NCBI GenBank assembly: GCA_051294905.1
Contig: CM119372.1
Span: 28,894,001-28,958,000 of the forward strand
Length of the DNA stretch: 64,000 bases
Direction of reading: 5' to 3'
Source: Botryllus schlosseri
Lineage: Eukaryota
Below are positions 11,201 to 25,230 of the stretch, piece by piece (position 1 is the first letter of the stretch; each line of letters starts with the position of its first letter). The notes below the pieces were generated by a model, which saw nothing but the letters and a program-made list of their open reading frames with translations, ran no database searches and was not told the DNA's origin. Both the position numbers and the translations under genes were made by a program.

Positions 11201-14200
11201 CTGAATAGTTACAATTGACAGCTCGAACCGTCATAAAACAATCAGAATTCACATACAAGTATAAATACACCATTGGCATTTGTGAAAGAGAAAATAAATT
11301 TTGAGCATTTGGAAGTTTGTCAACAAATCTGATTGAAATTGCCAAGAAAGGAATGACTTTGGTCTTATACACATGAGTGCCGGACAGGCCATTATGTAGT
11401 TAAGGGCATGGCGAAACCGTTTTGTCTGTCATGGTGGAACTGACATGTATTGAAAAGATGAACGGAATCCAGTAAATGAAAGATAAATATTGATCACGTG
11501 ACTTTACAAAGTAGAATATTTGATGAATTAAAAATTGACTAAAACTGTATGAGAGTCTCTCTCGATTTTTTGATACGCCGAGTGCCGAGTCACCCCAACA
11601 CTGATGTCAAGTGGCAGGCCGCAGTCACGGCACGTGGCAGCATGAGACCGCAAGTCAAAGTCGCAAAGAAGTCATTCCCTAGTAGGAGATCCGGAGTGTG
11701 AGTCACTTACATTTACAAGTATTATTCAAGCTCCTACAGGAGCAACCGCTACCGCTAGTTCTCTTGGGCCTTTTCCGGGGTGTGGGGTCACAATCGTCCT
11801 CTTCCTCGTCTTCATCCAAGACGTATTCCTATACAACGGATAGAATTATATAATATGCCAGTGGCCAGCGCCTAATAACTGCGGCATTAAGGGTAGGGGA
11901 AATGTGTGTATTTATGCAGCCATTAGATAGCGCTTTATGATCATGTTGCAAAGGTCAATCGCTACCTGACACTAAACATTATTCCACGAATGTTCACAGC
12001 GTCGAGCCATATGTTTTTCGGTGCTGAGATATGACTAACCGGCACCACCGGTAGTTCTAGTTGGCGATTATGAAAAGCGACTAGCGAGTACTAGTCCTAG
12101 TTGCGCATTAAAAAAAATCTGCCTAGCTGCTGAGCAACCAGAAAACACGCATCGTTTGGCGTGAATCGTCATGTGAGATGTTATTGCAGCCATTGGTCGC
12201 TCAGTGACCACATCGATAACATTGGCATAGCCAGAATGTAGGTTTTGACGGTTCAAACCGCCAAAACCAATCTAATAAAATCAAATCTAATGAGCTGGTT
12301 CGGAATAGAATCTGCTTAGAAAAGGATCTTTAAAGGTCGTTAGTTCCAGTTCTACTTTCGCATTTGGAGTTAAGTAGTTTGTACAATCCAGCAGTTTGTA
12401 CAAGTCTGCAGTCATATTGACGAGCAAACGCACACATATCTACTCACATCGTCCATTTCAGCGCCGCTCTCCAAGCAAAACGACCCCGCATTTTCAACCG
12501 GGTTGAAAAACATCGGCTTCTTCAATGGCGTCGCGATCTCCTTCCGCAACAGCCTCCTATGCAGTATCTTGTTCTCCTCTTGCAAAGTGCGCACCAATTC
12601 CTGCTGCTCTGCGATCCTGCCGCGTAACGCGGCCACCGTCTCATCCTCTGCGTCCACGCTTTGCGAACCAAACTTGTTCACGTAGTATGATATCTCGTCC
12701 TGGTGGCTTTTCTGCATGCACGTTTTCTCCTCGTCAAACTTGCCGGCCATCTCCTGCACTTGTTTCCGAGCGCCGCGCAACGCCTTGTCGCTTTCCGCCT
12801 TTTCTCTTTCGATCTCGCTTAATTTTTCTGTCATTTTCAACAACTTTGCTTTTTCATCTACCACCCGCTGCAGTGTGTTTTTCAACGCGCACTTTGCATC
12901 AGCGAAAGTAGATATGGTCGACCACCGTAAGCTGCTGCCGTGTCGTTCTTTGGCCTCAGTCAGCTTGGCCTGTATCGCTTGAATCTGCGCATTTTTCAGC
13001 TTGATCTCCTGGTGCAGTTCGGTGCGTTTTTCATTCACAGTTCTCTTATCGTCACAGTCGAAAGTGCGTCTGCGTTTTCCGGGCGAATCCGTGCTGCGTT
13101 GTAACTCCTGCGTCAACAGCTTCCTGTCATCGATGAGCATGGCGAGATGGTGCTCAGCCTCCCAGATGCTGGTAGCCAGCTCGATTTCTTCCTCGAGCCA
13201 GTTGCTGATTTTCTGACCGCCCCTTTCGTTATGACGACGTTCGTTCAGACGGCGTTTGCTGGCCGCTGCCGTCTGTCTGTTCAAAGTCTCGCGCAGACGC
13301 TTGTTGGCGGCCGCGGCCTCTTCCGTTTTCCTGCGAAGTATTGTCTTTTGTTTGTCATAAGTGCGTTCGAGACGCACATACTCAACGTTGCGCTTCCTGT
13401 TTTTCTCCTGCAGTTGTTTAAGCTCTTTTGCTTTTTCCCGTTTGAGATTGTTGAACTTCTCGCTCTCAGCACGTATCTGCTTCATCAGACTCACCCTGCT
13501 GCGTTTCATGTCCCTGATTTCGGTGTTCAACCGGTCGATCGACCTGTCCTTTTCTGCCTTGATCCTCAGCAGTTTTTCCTTCTCCAACTTCTCCTTGCGC
13601 AACTCTTGAATCTGCGCCTCCAGCTCTTTCACTCGCTGACGCCGTTTCTCGCTGAGCTTCTTGCTCTCGTTAGTTTTCCTCGCGTTCTGCAAGGCTTCTT
13701 CCAAATTCGCTTTTTCCTGCGCCAGATTCTGTATGTCCTTGTCGAGCTGCTGCATTTTCTTTTCGTATTCCTCCTTGATCGCGACCATCTGCGTGTCGCT
13801 CGAAGCCAGTTTTTTAGCAATCTCCTCTTTCAAAGCGAGAGTTTTCGTTAGACTCTGTAACTGTTTGCCCAAGTCTGCGTTTTTCATGGCATGGTTCGAC
13901 TCGATGGTTTTATCGGAAAGCTTCAGGTTACCTTCTGTGACATCAGCGCTATGCCCGATTTCTGTTGCGTCGACGTGCTTATCTAGAATCGCTTCTGAAG
14001 TCTGGTTTGGGTCGTCAATTTCAATTCCGGTCGCATTTTCGCAAAAACGCACAAGTTCAGAGAAAAGGTTCCTGTCCAATTCGTTAGCGAGATTCTCCTT
14101 AAACGAGCCTGCGTGTTGAAATTTTTCTGCCACGCTTTTCGCAGCGTCCGTCAAATCGATCAGCTTTTCTTTGTACTGATCACGGCTGATCTCAGTGACG

Positions 14201-15477
14201 ATCACCTTTTCGCACATGTCGGCTTGGTACTGTAGCGCCTCTTGCAGATGCTCGCTTAAAGTCACATTTTCAGATTTGACCTTTTCCAATTCCTCCGAAA
14301 TACGGTCGTAGCTTTCCGAAGAATGTCGTCGCGAAGTGGTCGGCACGGCTGAATCCCCCCTTTCGAGCAATCGCAAATTCAACTCTGTAATTTCTTTACG
14401 CAGGGACGCAATTAGCATTGCTTGAGGATCGCGGTTTACGACAGGCGCGTTTTTAATCTTACGCACCCTATCCGCGTAACGTAGAGTGTTTAAAGTCTCT
14501 TCGTAATTGGAATCAGCGGGAGACACGCATGCAATCATCAATGTATGGCTGTTGCCTCCAAGAGAGCCTTGTAATATGCGTGTAAGTTTGGAATCGCGGT
14601 ACCTGATATGGCCCGTGCGAGTGTTTTCATCTGCCAAAGCGCTGATTACATTACCCAAGGCCAGCAGTCCTTCGTTGATTTTGATACCTTCTTGAAGGCG
14701 CTCGCCTTCTGCCTTTGTGCGTTTGGCGCGTTCTGACCCTGCTAAATCGACTAAATGAAATTTTGAGGCAATTTTATCGTTAGCGTCGTGCGCTGCGACC
14801 GATTCCAGTATGATCGTGAAAATTGCGTGTGATCGGGACGATACCAAATTCATCGCGGTAGCAGCCGTCGTGCGGTTAGAATTGCCCTGTTCCATTAAAC
14901 GCAACGTTGATTGCAAATCACCGACTGTGACCTCCGACAGGCCGCTCACCACGGTACCCCCATCTGGGGCATCGCGAATAGTCAATTGCGTCGGGTCTGA
15001 ACTGGGATTGAGCAGATCATGCAAATCTTTTTTGTATAGTTCGAGATACGATACCTTAACGGTATATTCACGGTCTTTATTTTCGCTTATGAATTTGAAG
15101 ATATCAGAAATGACACGGGGTATGACGCCAGTCATTTCGCCCTCGCATTCGCTAGACGAATGTGCGGAGCCCATCGAATAAGTCTTTCCGCTACCTGTCT
15201 GTCCGTATGCAATAACAGCGGCGTGATACCCTTTGAAGATATCTTTCGTCAACTTCTTGACGGCTGTGTTGTAGACTTCTTCTTGTCCAACGTCGCCGCC
15301 GAACACGTGGTCGAAAGTGAAGGGTCTGCTTTCGCGTAACACAATTTGGTTTGCGTTTGGTATGAATTCCAGGCACGTTTGGCATCCTTCGTTGATTTCT
15401 TTTTGAATAAGAGGCCGTCCTCGGACGACGGCCTTCACAGGGATGGAAATGGGGCGATTCGAGAAGTCGCCGGCCAT
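8271..15477 (-). CDS. KIF4: Kinesin-4 / chromokinesin KIF4, ~1166 aa. Coding exons 15477-12448, 11828-11711, 11200-11063, 8485-8271
   Basis: Motor motifs GQTGSGKT, SSRSHA, LVDLAGSE and RDSKLTRIL, then the KIF4 stalk (LRRKTEEAAAANKRL). Splicing rebuilds the C-terminal Cys-rich CXC domain (GCSCRSLNNTCK-Y-AYCGCVKRNRKCGPRCGC..CTNR). All GT-AG with compatible phases (0,1,1). The last exon is the least certain. Confidence 0.93.
9615..10450. mobile_element. hAT MITE (5692 family, inverted) in KIF4 intron 3
   Basis: TIRs CAGCGGTTCTCAACC / GGTTGAGAACCCCTG; TSD TACTAGAG/TACCAGAG. Confidence 0.88.
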
Positions 15478-17126
15478 GATACCTTTAATAGGACTTGTCA
15501 AAATTATTTTTGCTCGAGTGATTCAACTATCAAACTCAGATATGGTAAAAATAACCTGGAAATTGAAGAAAAATCATTTGATTGCAGTATTTCATAGGCT
15601 TAGTGCGTGCCAGGACTTTAGAAAGGGTTCAAGGAGCGATGACGTGTGATCTCTATACAAAGAGATGTATATCGAAAGTGAAATGGTACTATTTGCACGA
15701 AAATCTTTTAGCTGCAGTCGGAATATAGTGGATTTCTGAAGAAATGGCTATACCTATAGGATAGCGGGCCTATAGCCGCCGCCAAAATCATTTCAACAGA
15801 TTAGACTTCAATTTGAGCGCAGAGCGTAGTTCCAAAACACGTGAAAACGTATAGGCCTATATATATATCGACTTTTCAATTGGAGTAAAATGAAAAGGGC
15901 AAAAGAAAACAGGAAACAAAACGTGTAATAGATTGTAATGAAATTATTATAAATCCGAGACTGTTCAGCATTATTTTTTTAGGTTCAAATAATAGGCAGA
16001 GTGGAATATTGGTGGCAATGTCACGCAGAACTTTCTGTTTCATTACTCAATCATTCTATGCAGAAAAGCTCTCATCACGCTGGATTTATTTCAAAACATG
16101 AAACGAGATTTCATAGAGGAAAACAGCAATCAGCTCAACATGGCTCATCTCAGAGGAGTCCTCTCACTCCTCTGTAAAATCCAAATGCGGATCAGAATTG
16201 GTATGTACGTTACTGGTATAAACCGAGCCGGATGTTAGATTGAGAGATCGCACTTGGTGTATACTGTATACTGCATGCTTCAAGTTCATTACGTCGCTGA
16301 GCTGAACTTAGTTAGTTAGGCCCTAACTAACAAATGGCCTATACCCCTACGTTATAACGTTACCGTCGTTACCCTGCGTTAACGGCATATCGGACCTGTC
16401 CACTGTCGTACGGTACTGCAAAATTTCACAAAATATTACACGACTTTGTTAACTATTCGCTTGTCACATCATGGTTGTATTCCTTCGCTCGGCTCGCTCC
16501 CTTCCGCAGCAATCCAAGAATATTATCGAGAAATACGAAAACTCACACATTATCACAGGTCGGCTGACTCTGATCGGTTTCGGTCTGCCGCGCTTGTTTC
16601 AAACAGGGGACAATATTTTTTGTCGTTAGAGCTATTTCGAACACTATTCATCAAAAGGTGGTTAAGCCAATTTTACAAACTTTATTACTTCTGTGGGTGG
16701 ATAAATATTCTAATATGATTATTAAAATATGAATATCACACATAATGATACGCCACACATACCACGTCACTAAATTTCATGCAGTCTTCGAAATACCAGA
16801 TGTCTTTCCAGATGGCCAAATATTGGTTTTGTATTTTTTCAAAATACTTTTATAGCCATTTATTTCGCCTAGTTTTTCCATGAAATTTCAATCCCCTGCA
16901 GTAATAGCTATTTTCCTGTATAAATCAGCACACGGTATAGTCTCGTAGCAGCAACCATCGCTATAGGGCGGTAGTCAGCTATTCCGGTTCTGCGTTTCGT
17001 CTCCGCCTTTTCCCCATTTAGGGTGTAAGATTTTCTATTCGGTTTACCTGCTATTTGTGTGCGAAGATTGGACAGTTTGACTAACGAACGCATATTTTAT
17101 ACAGTATATAACCAATAACAATCATC
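15478..17126. promoter_or_regulatory. Divergent KIF4/ARPC2 intergenic region (candidate bidirectional promoter and 5' UTRs)
   Basis: Only 1.65 kb separates the two head-to-head start codons. TSSs cannot be identified from sequence. Confidence 0.5.
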
Positions 17127-20100
17127 ATGATTCTGTTGGAAACACAGAACCGCATAATCTTAGATACGCTAAATTACAAATTCGACTGTGCAGTACAAGG
17201 GTAAGAGCGATGTGCGTCAAGAATCAGTAGTGTTGCAAGTGGTTATATGCTTCTCTCATTTTCAGCGCAAAGCCAGAATCCATAGACTCTACAATTGCGG
17301 ATTTCGACGGCGTCTTGTATCACATTTCCAACCCAAATGGCGATAAAACCAAAGTCTCGGTCAGTATTTCTCTGAAGTTTTACAAAGACCTGGAAACGCA
17401 TGGCTCCACTGGAGTAAGTACGATGCAGTATGCATGCATGATGTCGTTAGTAATTTTGCGTATAGAATGGAAAGACCTCCCGAAATTCTTCATCACAGTA
17501 TCGATTTATTATTGCTGCATGATTGCTATCTTGACATAATTATGACCATGAGAATTTTAGAAGTCTACCCACTCATCCACTCATAGTCAAAATAATGTCT
17601 GCCTTATTATTATTCTAATCCCCCAAATAAGTTTGTAAGAAAAACATACAACTTTGTGCTGGGGCGAACCATGAGTTTTGATTCATTTTTTTAACTACCG
17701 GCCTGGTTGGAATTGGTGGCAACGTCACGCAGGATTTTCTGTTTAATTCCTTAATTATTCTTTATAGAAAAGCTCTCATCACGCCTAATTTATTTCAAAA
17801 AATGGACAGAGATTCCATATAGGACTACCGGTATCCATGAGTCTGGGGCCAGACTAATCTTTGGTTGTTTTACGGCTATATGACTTGGGTGTGACAAACC
17901 AGAGTGGAATTGGTGAAAACGTCATGAGCAACTTTCTGTTTACCTACTTGATTATTCTATACAAGAAACCCTTGAAACTGTCACGCGCAACTTATTGCCG
18001 AAAAGAACCACTGTCTCTAGTCTGGGTGACAGACAGGGAGATGGGTTTCTTGGCAAGAAATTTCTGCATAGAATAATTAGTCGCTAAACGGTAGATTGCA
18101 AGTGACGGCTGACGCTGCCACAAATTCCACCCCTTTATGTAATCAGTGTCCGCTGCTCACGCAATTCTACGTGAGCGCTTTACTTCACCTGGACAATCGT
18201 TACTGCTCGCCTGATAAATTGTGCAAAATGTACCGAGATTCCACCCAGAGTCTATTCTGTCTATATGAAACCATGCAGGCTGTCAGTTGTTTGCACAATG
18301 ACTCGGTTGGTCTTAAATTCATGGCTGCAATTGCCAATTGGAATCACTGTAGAACCTGTTTGGAATCGGTGTCCTGTGCTCACACTATATTTTATTTTCT
18401 AATTATTTTTTATTAAATTACTTCAACTTGGAAAATCATCGCTGCTCACCTGATATATCCGGCAAAAAGGCCAGCGATTCCAATCAGGCTGTAGAATTGT
18501 CGCTAACCAGTAGGTTGCGTATGTCAATTGCCATCCATTATTGTCGCTAACCAGTAGGTCGCGTATGGCTATTGCCATCCATTATGGATACTGTCATATT
18601 AAATCAAGAATTGATGGTATGCAACTCATGATAATGCACAATATGATCATTTGTCAAATTTAACATGGATATCAAATAGCCCGGGTAATACATGTAGTAG
18701 CCTAATGTAGTAATACTGGCAAGCATTCACAAATATTGAGCTAAACAGACTTGACATTTATGCTGAGGTTCAGTTATGTTTCACTTAACTTCAGTGAATA
18801 CTACTGCATGTGAAATATTCATAGCTAGTACACTGATTCGTTAACCTGTATTTTATTTTGAATGTAGGCTACGGAATGCCAAGTGATAAAAGCTTCGGCT
18901 ATCTTGCGATACTATTGACAGGTTCATAAGTTTCTCATCTTATCTTGCAGCTCCTAGAAAAAATCTACGGACAGCATCTAGCTCCTACTGAGTCCGGCTA
19001 CAGTGTGACGCTGATCTACGATTTGACGAGCATTCCGAAGGATTACTCAAAGTTATCATCCGATGTACGATACTGACCACATGCCGGATTTATTCTTTCA
19101 TCCGGTAACTCTCCAAATCGTGTTCCAGGCCGCCAGACTGAAGAGGAATTGCTTCGCATCTGTTTTTGAGAAGTATTTCGAAGCCCAGGAAAGCGGAGAG
19201 AGCATCAAACGTGCTGTGATCAATTACAGAGACGATGAAACAATGTAAGTTTCATTGCTCACTTAATCTAAACCTGTTTACATACTACTCGAGTCTCAAA
19301 TTTTTACTTAGTCACAAGTGCATGCAATACGAGACATGATCAAAGAAATGTCAAAACTTCTTCTGAATGTTTAAAATCAAATATCTGAAAAGCACCCAAA
19401 TAGTTTCCTAAAGTAGAATTGGGTTGGTGTGTCTCACACTTTGGCCGGAGATAGCTTCTTTTGAAATTGCAAGATGTAGGGGAGAGGATGCCAGGATGAG
19501 ACCCTTTTCTGATATTTCAATGCCACTCAAAGAGTAATGCCATCTGAGGATTAATTTTGGTATCAATGGAAAGTCTATGATCTGTACTATTTTTGACTAT
19601 GTCTTGAGTTATATTGAACAATATACTTATGGATTTCCTGGCCCTCGAAAATCCTTGCTCAAATGTCTCAACTTACCTCCCAGGTGAAGGTAAGATGAGA
19701 CAGTGCCAAAGCGTGATCAGTAGTTTCAGTAGTTTCACACTAGATCAGTGTTTGCACTAAAATACAGTAGTGATAGTGAATATAATATTTCCATGTCCTG
19801 TGCTGGGTTAAATTTCACATTGGAGTCGAAATCGTACAATCATTTCCGATCATTCCTATCAAATCCTGTGATTGCTCGTATTGGATGAAAACCCGCATGC
19901 AACTTGGAAAATTAGCATTAATTCTGAACCCTCCATTCCTCATCTGATATGCAGCACTGTTGCCTGTAAAAACTGCTTGAGTAGGCCCAACCAGTGCAAG
20001 TTCCATTGATCTATTTGAGTGTCCTTCGAGTAATCTTGTTATTGGTTCACTACGGCATATTGAAAATTCATGGGATAACACGGTTTGAGAAATGTACAGT

Positions 20101-23100
20101 AGGGGTCTTCAAAAATGACTTTTTGTCTCAAATCGTACTGGCTACTTGATAAAATTGTTTGGTTGCCTAATTTATGCCTACACACCAAATTTGGTTCAAT
20201 TCTAACCAGTAGCCGCATTGCTACAGGAGAAGAAAGTTTCTATTTGTTATATAAAAATAAATAACAAAAAATCTGAAAATTTCTGTTCGCCCCATGAAAG
20301 TGTTAGGTTGTCTATAGAAACGATGTTCACCTAATTTGGTTCAATTCCAACCAGTGCAAGCGAAGTTATTGCCATCGAAAAATTTGGATTTTAATAAAAT
20401 AGTATTTACGGTGGGCACCACTATAATAAATAACTAAAGAATTGGTCACCGTCAATACTATTTTATTCATAATCCAAATTTTTCGACGGCAATAACTCCG
20501 CTTCCACTGGTTGGAATTGAACCAAATTTGGTGAGCATCGTTTCTATAGACAACCTAACACTTTCATGCCGAATGAACAGAAAATTTTCAAACTTTTTGT
20601 TACCGTATTTATTTTTATATAATAATTAGAAACTTCCTTCTCCTGTAGCAATGCGGCTACTGGTGCGGCTACTGGTTGGAATTGAACCAAATTTGGTGTG
20701 AATGCTTAAATTAGGTAACCTAATAATTTTATCAAGTAGCCAACGGTACGATTTGAGGAAAAAAGTCATTTTTGAAGACCCCTAATGTACCGTGCTTCAA
20801 TAAGTGATACGATCTGTGTTTTCATTTTTTTTGTTTTTCCAATTGGTGTAGTGTTTAGAATGTCTCTTTGAGTTTGTTGAGTTTGTAGCCATCTCAACCG
20901 ATTAGGGATCAACAGACCGTTTTTCGTGTGTGAATTCTCTCTGTTTTTGAAGGTATGTTGAGGCAAAGAAGGACCGCGTGACAGTCATATTCAGCACTGT
21001 CTTCAAAGATGACTCGGACGTCATTATTGGCAAAGTCTTCATGCAGGTAACATCAACAAGTTTCCATGGATTTTGTGTCTGTATGTCCATTTTTGGGTGG
21101 ATCACTTCAGTGTCTTCAAGACGTACGGATCTCTCAATTATCATGATACCTCCTGGTCCAAGTTGATATGCAGTTTCATACTCCTTGTCTTGTTGCATAC
21201 TCAAAAGCTTTTCACAAAGAACTTTCCTTATTTTGGATGTGAACCTGCTTTATATTGAGTTTTATGAATAGGTTACTCTTCAGATGTTCCATTTTCTGCT
21301 ACTTGGAGATGTCGATACACCGACTTGCTAATCTGTATTTTGCCTACATTAAAGTAGATTACCATTTCTCATGGCTTGTCAGAGCTAGTGATATTTTGTA
21401 ATGCTGTTATGGTCGAAGGAGTGGAGGAAAGCATTATTGTGTAGACCAGTGGTTCCCAACCTTTTTCGACTCATCGCCCCCTTTTCAAACTCCACACCGA
21501 TCATCGCCCCCCAAATATTGGGAACACAAAAATGGGCATACATACTGAAATCACCGGCGAGTTGACTAAGAAAAAAGGTAAACTTTTCGGCTCGACCTCG
21601 AAATTACACCTTTCCAGCTAAATTTTGGTGAGTTGACTAACAAAAAAGGTGATTTCTCCGACTTGATTCCAAAAGGACCGTAACAGCACTTCTTCAGCCC
21701 CCCCAATACGTTGGTCCTCACCCCCTCCATAGGGCGATAAAGCAAACTTCTGCACCCCTCAGACCCAACTCCCCCGATACCTCTTTACTGCTACTTCTCA
21801 GCACAAATTGATGGACTCTTTAGTTTAATTCGCGCGAAGTGCGAAAAATTTCTATCATTCATGATTGAATCAGTCAATATGATCGGGAATTGCATATATA
21901 TTGCTGTTAATTTTTTATCCTCTCTCTGCTCATGTATTCAGATTTACCAGTAAAGCTGAGTGAGGTGTCTTGGAAAATGTAGGGCCCGTATATAATAATT
22001 GAACATATTCAGGCGGACCCGTGGGTATAATGACTTCGTTACGTAATGACATTTCGTGGCCTGTCTGCTATGTCAAAAGATATTCAAATCGCCAATACGT
22101 ACTAACTAAACTAAATGACGCATACGATTTCAAATTGGTATTTTTGCACTGGCAATTAATTTTTTTACTGCGAGATGGCATTTTTCATGGGGTTCTGATT
22201 GGACAGGACAGGAACATTTGGCGCCAGCCATTTAGGCGCCTGCGGACAATTAGATATATATGTATATCGTATATATATCGAAGTCAGTCAGCATAAAGGC
22301 AGTCCTTTTCCGCAAAGGTTTTCTCGTTCTGGCACACTTCTCGGAGTCGCATGTTACATGGCCTGAAACTTCATATGTCTTGGTGCGTCATGGTGTGATA
22401 ATGGCTGACGCCGAGATGCCCATTTCTATACCTCATGCGTATTATTTTTTTGAGGAAGGGTATGCAATGAGCAAGAAATATGTGACCACGAAATGGCGCG
22501 CAGCGCGAAAATATTTTGAAAAGGTTGCCTAGATTTCCAAAATAATACTCTATAATTATTGTTAATTCAGGAAAAAATGTGGGCCCCCTTCGAGCTCGGG
22601 CCCCCCATCTCAATTCGGGGCTTGGGTGTGGCAGTTACGGTCATGGACGCCAATATAGCCATTTCAACGCGCCATCGCCCCCTTCGTCCGTTTTCGCCCC
22701 CCTGTCGCCCACGTTGGGAACCACTGGTGTAGACCCAAGAACCATGTATGCAAAAAACAGACTAATTTGATGTCAATAACATGAGTGCTTCGAGGCTTGC
22801 CCTTCACAGCTCGCAGCCTTTGTAATAATATGGATGTAAGTTGTGACCCGAGTCACTATCATCACACTGTCTTTTTCACTAAAGGAATTCAAAGAAGGCA
22901 GGAGGGCGAGCACGTCCGCCCCGCAGGTTCTGTTCAGCCACAAGGAACCTCCTTTGGAATTACGAGGGCAAGATGCTGCCACTGGAGATAACATTGGATA
23001 CATTACCTTTGGTGAATATACGCTAGACCTAACTTTTGTTGTTGGTATGGTGGAATAAGGCACGGTTTCGGCGCAAATATTTTGCATTAAACTATAGTGT

Positions 23101-24905
23101 AAGTGATAAACCGGTACCGAAAGTTGTGTCTACTGCTACAACTCTATTACTTTTAAAGCCGTTCAACTATAGACGTATCCTGATTTTGGTTCAAATTTCT
23201 TGGTGTTGAAATTGGGCATTAGGCCTACATCCCATTTAAGAATTGTATTCAGGTTTTTAATCCTGATTCTCACTGATTGCTCACTGGTATCATTGAATAA
23301 CATGATTTTTTTTTAGTTCTTCCCTAACTGTGAATAGGAATAGCAGAGCTCTGATAGATCCCGAATATATGCATTTAAATATTGCAACGGATCCGAATAA
23401 CCATTCAAGATGCTGCAAAGCTGCGTGTTGATCATTACTTTCAGAAATGTTGTTTCGATGAATAGTCTTGTGCAACAAGTTTTGTTTTGTGTGTATTAAT
23501 CAATCCATGTTTCAAGGCTTCCAGAGTGGGACGGCATTTTCGAAACGACGTATGTTGTTGATGAAATAACTCTCTCGGTATCACGGCTATATAATTTCGA
23601 TTCACCTTGACTCGAATCATTGCAATTGATACTTGACTTGGAGTCCGAGTACTGGAATCGCTGTGCCCCAGTCTTCGTCAATTTGTGTCGAAGTTGAAAA
23701 CCTCTTATTTCGTATTGTTGCAGTTCTGACGCCGCGTCATACCAACCCGAGTAACCGGGACAACACCATTGATCTGATCCACACCTTCCGCAACTACTTG
23801 CATTATCACATCAAGTGCAGCAAGGCCTACATTCACACGAGGATGCGTGCCAAGACCACCGACTTCCTCAAAGTACTGAACCGGGCACGGCCGGAGCAGG
23901 CGACCAAGGAGAAAAAAACGATTTCGTGAGTGCGAAATGTCACGGCCCGGCTGCTCTCTGCCTGTTGCATGGACAGTATGCCGGATTATTTGCAAGTTCT
24001 GCCATAGATTTTGACTGAATTACAAGTAGAATTAGCGCAATCCGAGATATCTCAAAACTACAAGTGGAAGTAGAAAATGGAAGGTCTATAAGTGTATTTT
24101 GTCGAGGAGCCGCTTACTGCAGGTAATATCGCTAGCAAGTATGGAAACCAGTTTTACACTCTGCTCAATATGAAAGCAGCAATAGTCAGTCACCGAATAT
24201 ATTTTCCGGTCTGACCTAGACCGTTTTATCTTGCAAGTCCTTGTCAACATTCTTGGCAAAGCAACGGAAGATATTGATTTTATGATATTATTATATCATT
24301 TTGTAGTTCTAGTTGAGACATTTGTTGATGTTTTAAAAGCCAGCATGTACTTCAGCAGTCTGGCACAGTATCGTGCACATTAGTAGGCCATAGTACTTCA
24401 CTGAAATGTGGGGTTGGGATTAGCAATATGACTTCATAGGTTCGACTTCACGTAGAACAAGGGTCACCAACTCAAAATTGGTCAATTTTCCAAGGGGGGC
24501 AATATTCCAACTTGGTAGGCAACGCTGGCCAGAACATAGCAATATCGAAAGGCAATTGGTCTACGATACTGCTGCGTCACTCAATATACCGTTTCATAAG
24601 CTGTTTTTTGTGTTCACGCGAACCGGAACCTTTGTGGGTTTCGCACCATCCCTGACGGTTGAGTGAAAAAAATCAGTATATTATGAATCGGTGGCCTACG
24701 ATATCACCCAAGAGTTTCACAGATGTGAGTTGAACCGAGATTAAACTCGATTTTGGACAGTAAACACTATAACTTGGATTCCACCTGATGGTGAATTAAA
24801 TATGACTAGATAAGACTTGAGACCTTGTGACTTGGCTATAACCCTGAATGACAGTAGCATTGATTCAATCGTCCATATTTCAGGGGCAGATCGTTCGGCC
24901 ACTGA
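17127..24905 (+). CDS. ARPC2: Arp2/3 complex subunit 2 (p34-Arc), 298 aa. Exons 17127-17200, 17266-17413, 18951-19064, 19129-19244, 20953-21046, 22885-23011, 23724-23925, 24884-24905
   Basis: [11 protein letters not shown]...[19 protein letters not shown]...[14 protein letters not shown]...YRDDETMYVE.KKDRVTV...[21 protein letters not shown] is colinear with human ARPC2. All introns GT-AG; 897 nt in frame. Confidence 0.97.
17901..18131. mobile_element. Small MITE-like element in ARPC2 intron 2; related partial copies at ~16000-16120 and ~17705-17825
   Basis: Imperfect TIR (gtggaattggtg..aacgtc / gacgctgccacaaattccac) and dispersed copies. Confidence 0.55.
20100..20784. mobile_element. Fold-back (near-palindromic) DNA element in ARPC2 intron 4
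   Basis: TAGGGGTCTTCAAAAATGACTTTTT...AAAAAGTCATTTTTGAAGACCCCTA, with ~320-bp imperfect arms and a ~25-nt spacer. Flanking duplication ATGTACAG/ATGTACCG. Confidence 0.85.
21447..22726. mobile_element. Non-autonomous hAT element in ARPC2 intron 5
   Basis: TIR CAGTGGTTCCCAAC; perfect TSD GTGTAGAC. Confidence 0.92.
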
Positions 24906-25230
24906 GATTCCGCCAGGATGAGAGGATCGCTATATTCCAGATTCACGTGACACCGTCACGAGAGACTCTTATCTAATAATCAAGTTCTGACCTTACCCAA
25001 TTACTTCTATCATCGCTATATCTGCAATACGAAGGTCGTCTGACGCCGTCGGAATGAAACCGGGTTGCTTACGGTTCCGTGCCTTTTAATTGCGACGGGA
25101 GTGAATTTTCTAGCCGCTTTTTTTCCGGGGCGCTGCTTTTCACTTTGTATCAACGTGTATTTTATGATATCAGTCAAATAACAATGAATGGAATTAATAG
25201 ATGCTATTCCGGCAGGGTTGTGCTGACCAA

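Noticed and set aside
12503..15649. Many + strand and alternate-frame ORFs over KIF4
   Set aside because: Antisense and frame shadows of a long coding exon.
18497..18584. ~43-bp direct tandem duplication in ARPC2 intron 2
   Set aside because: Ordinary local duplication with no further structure.
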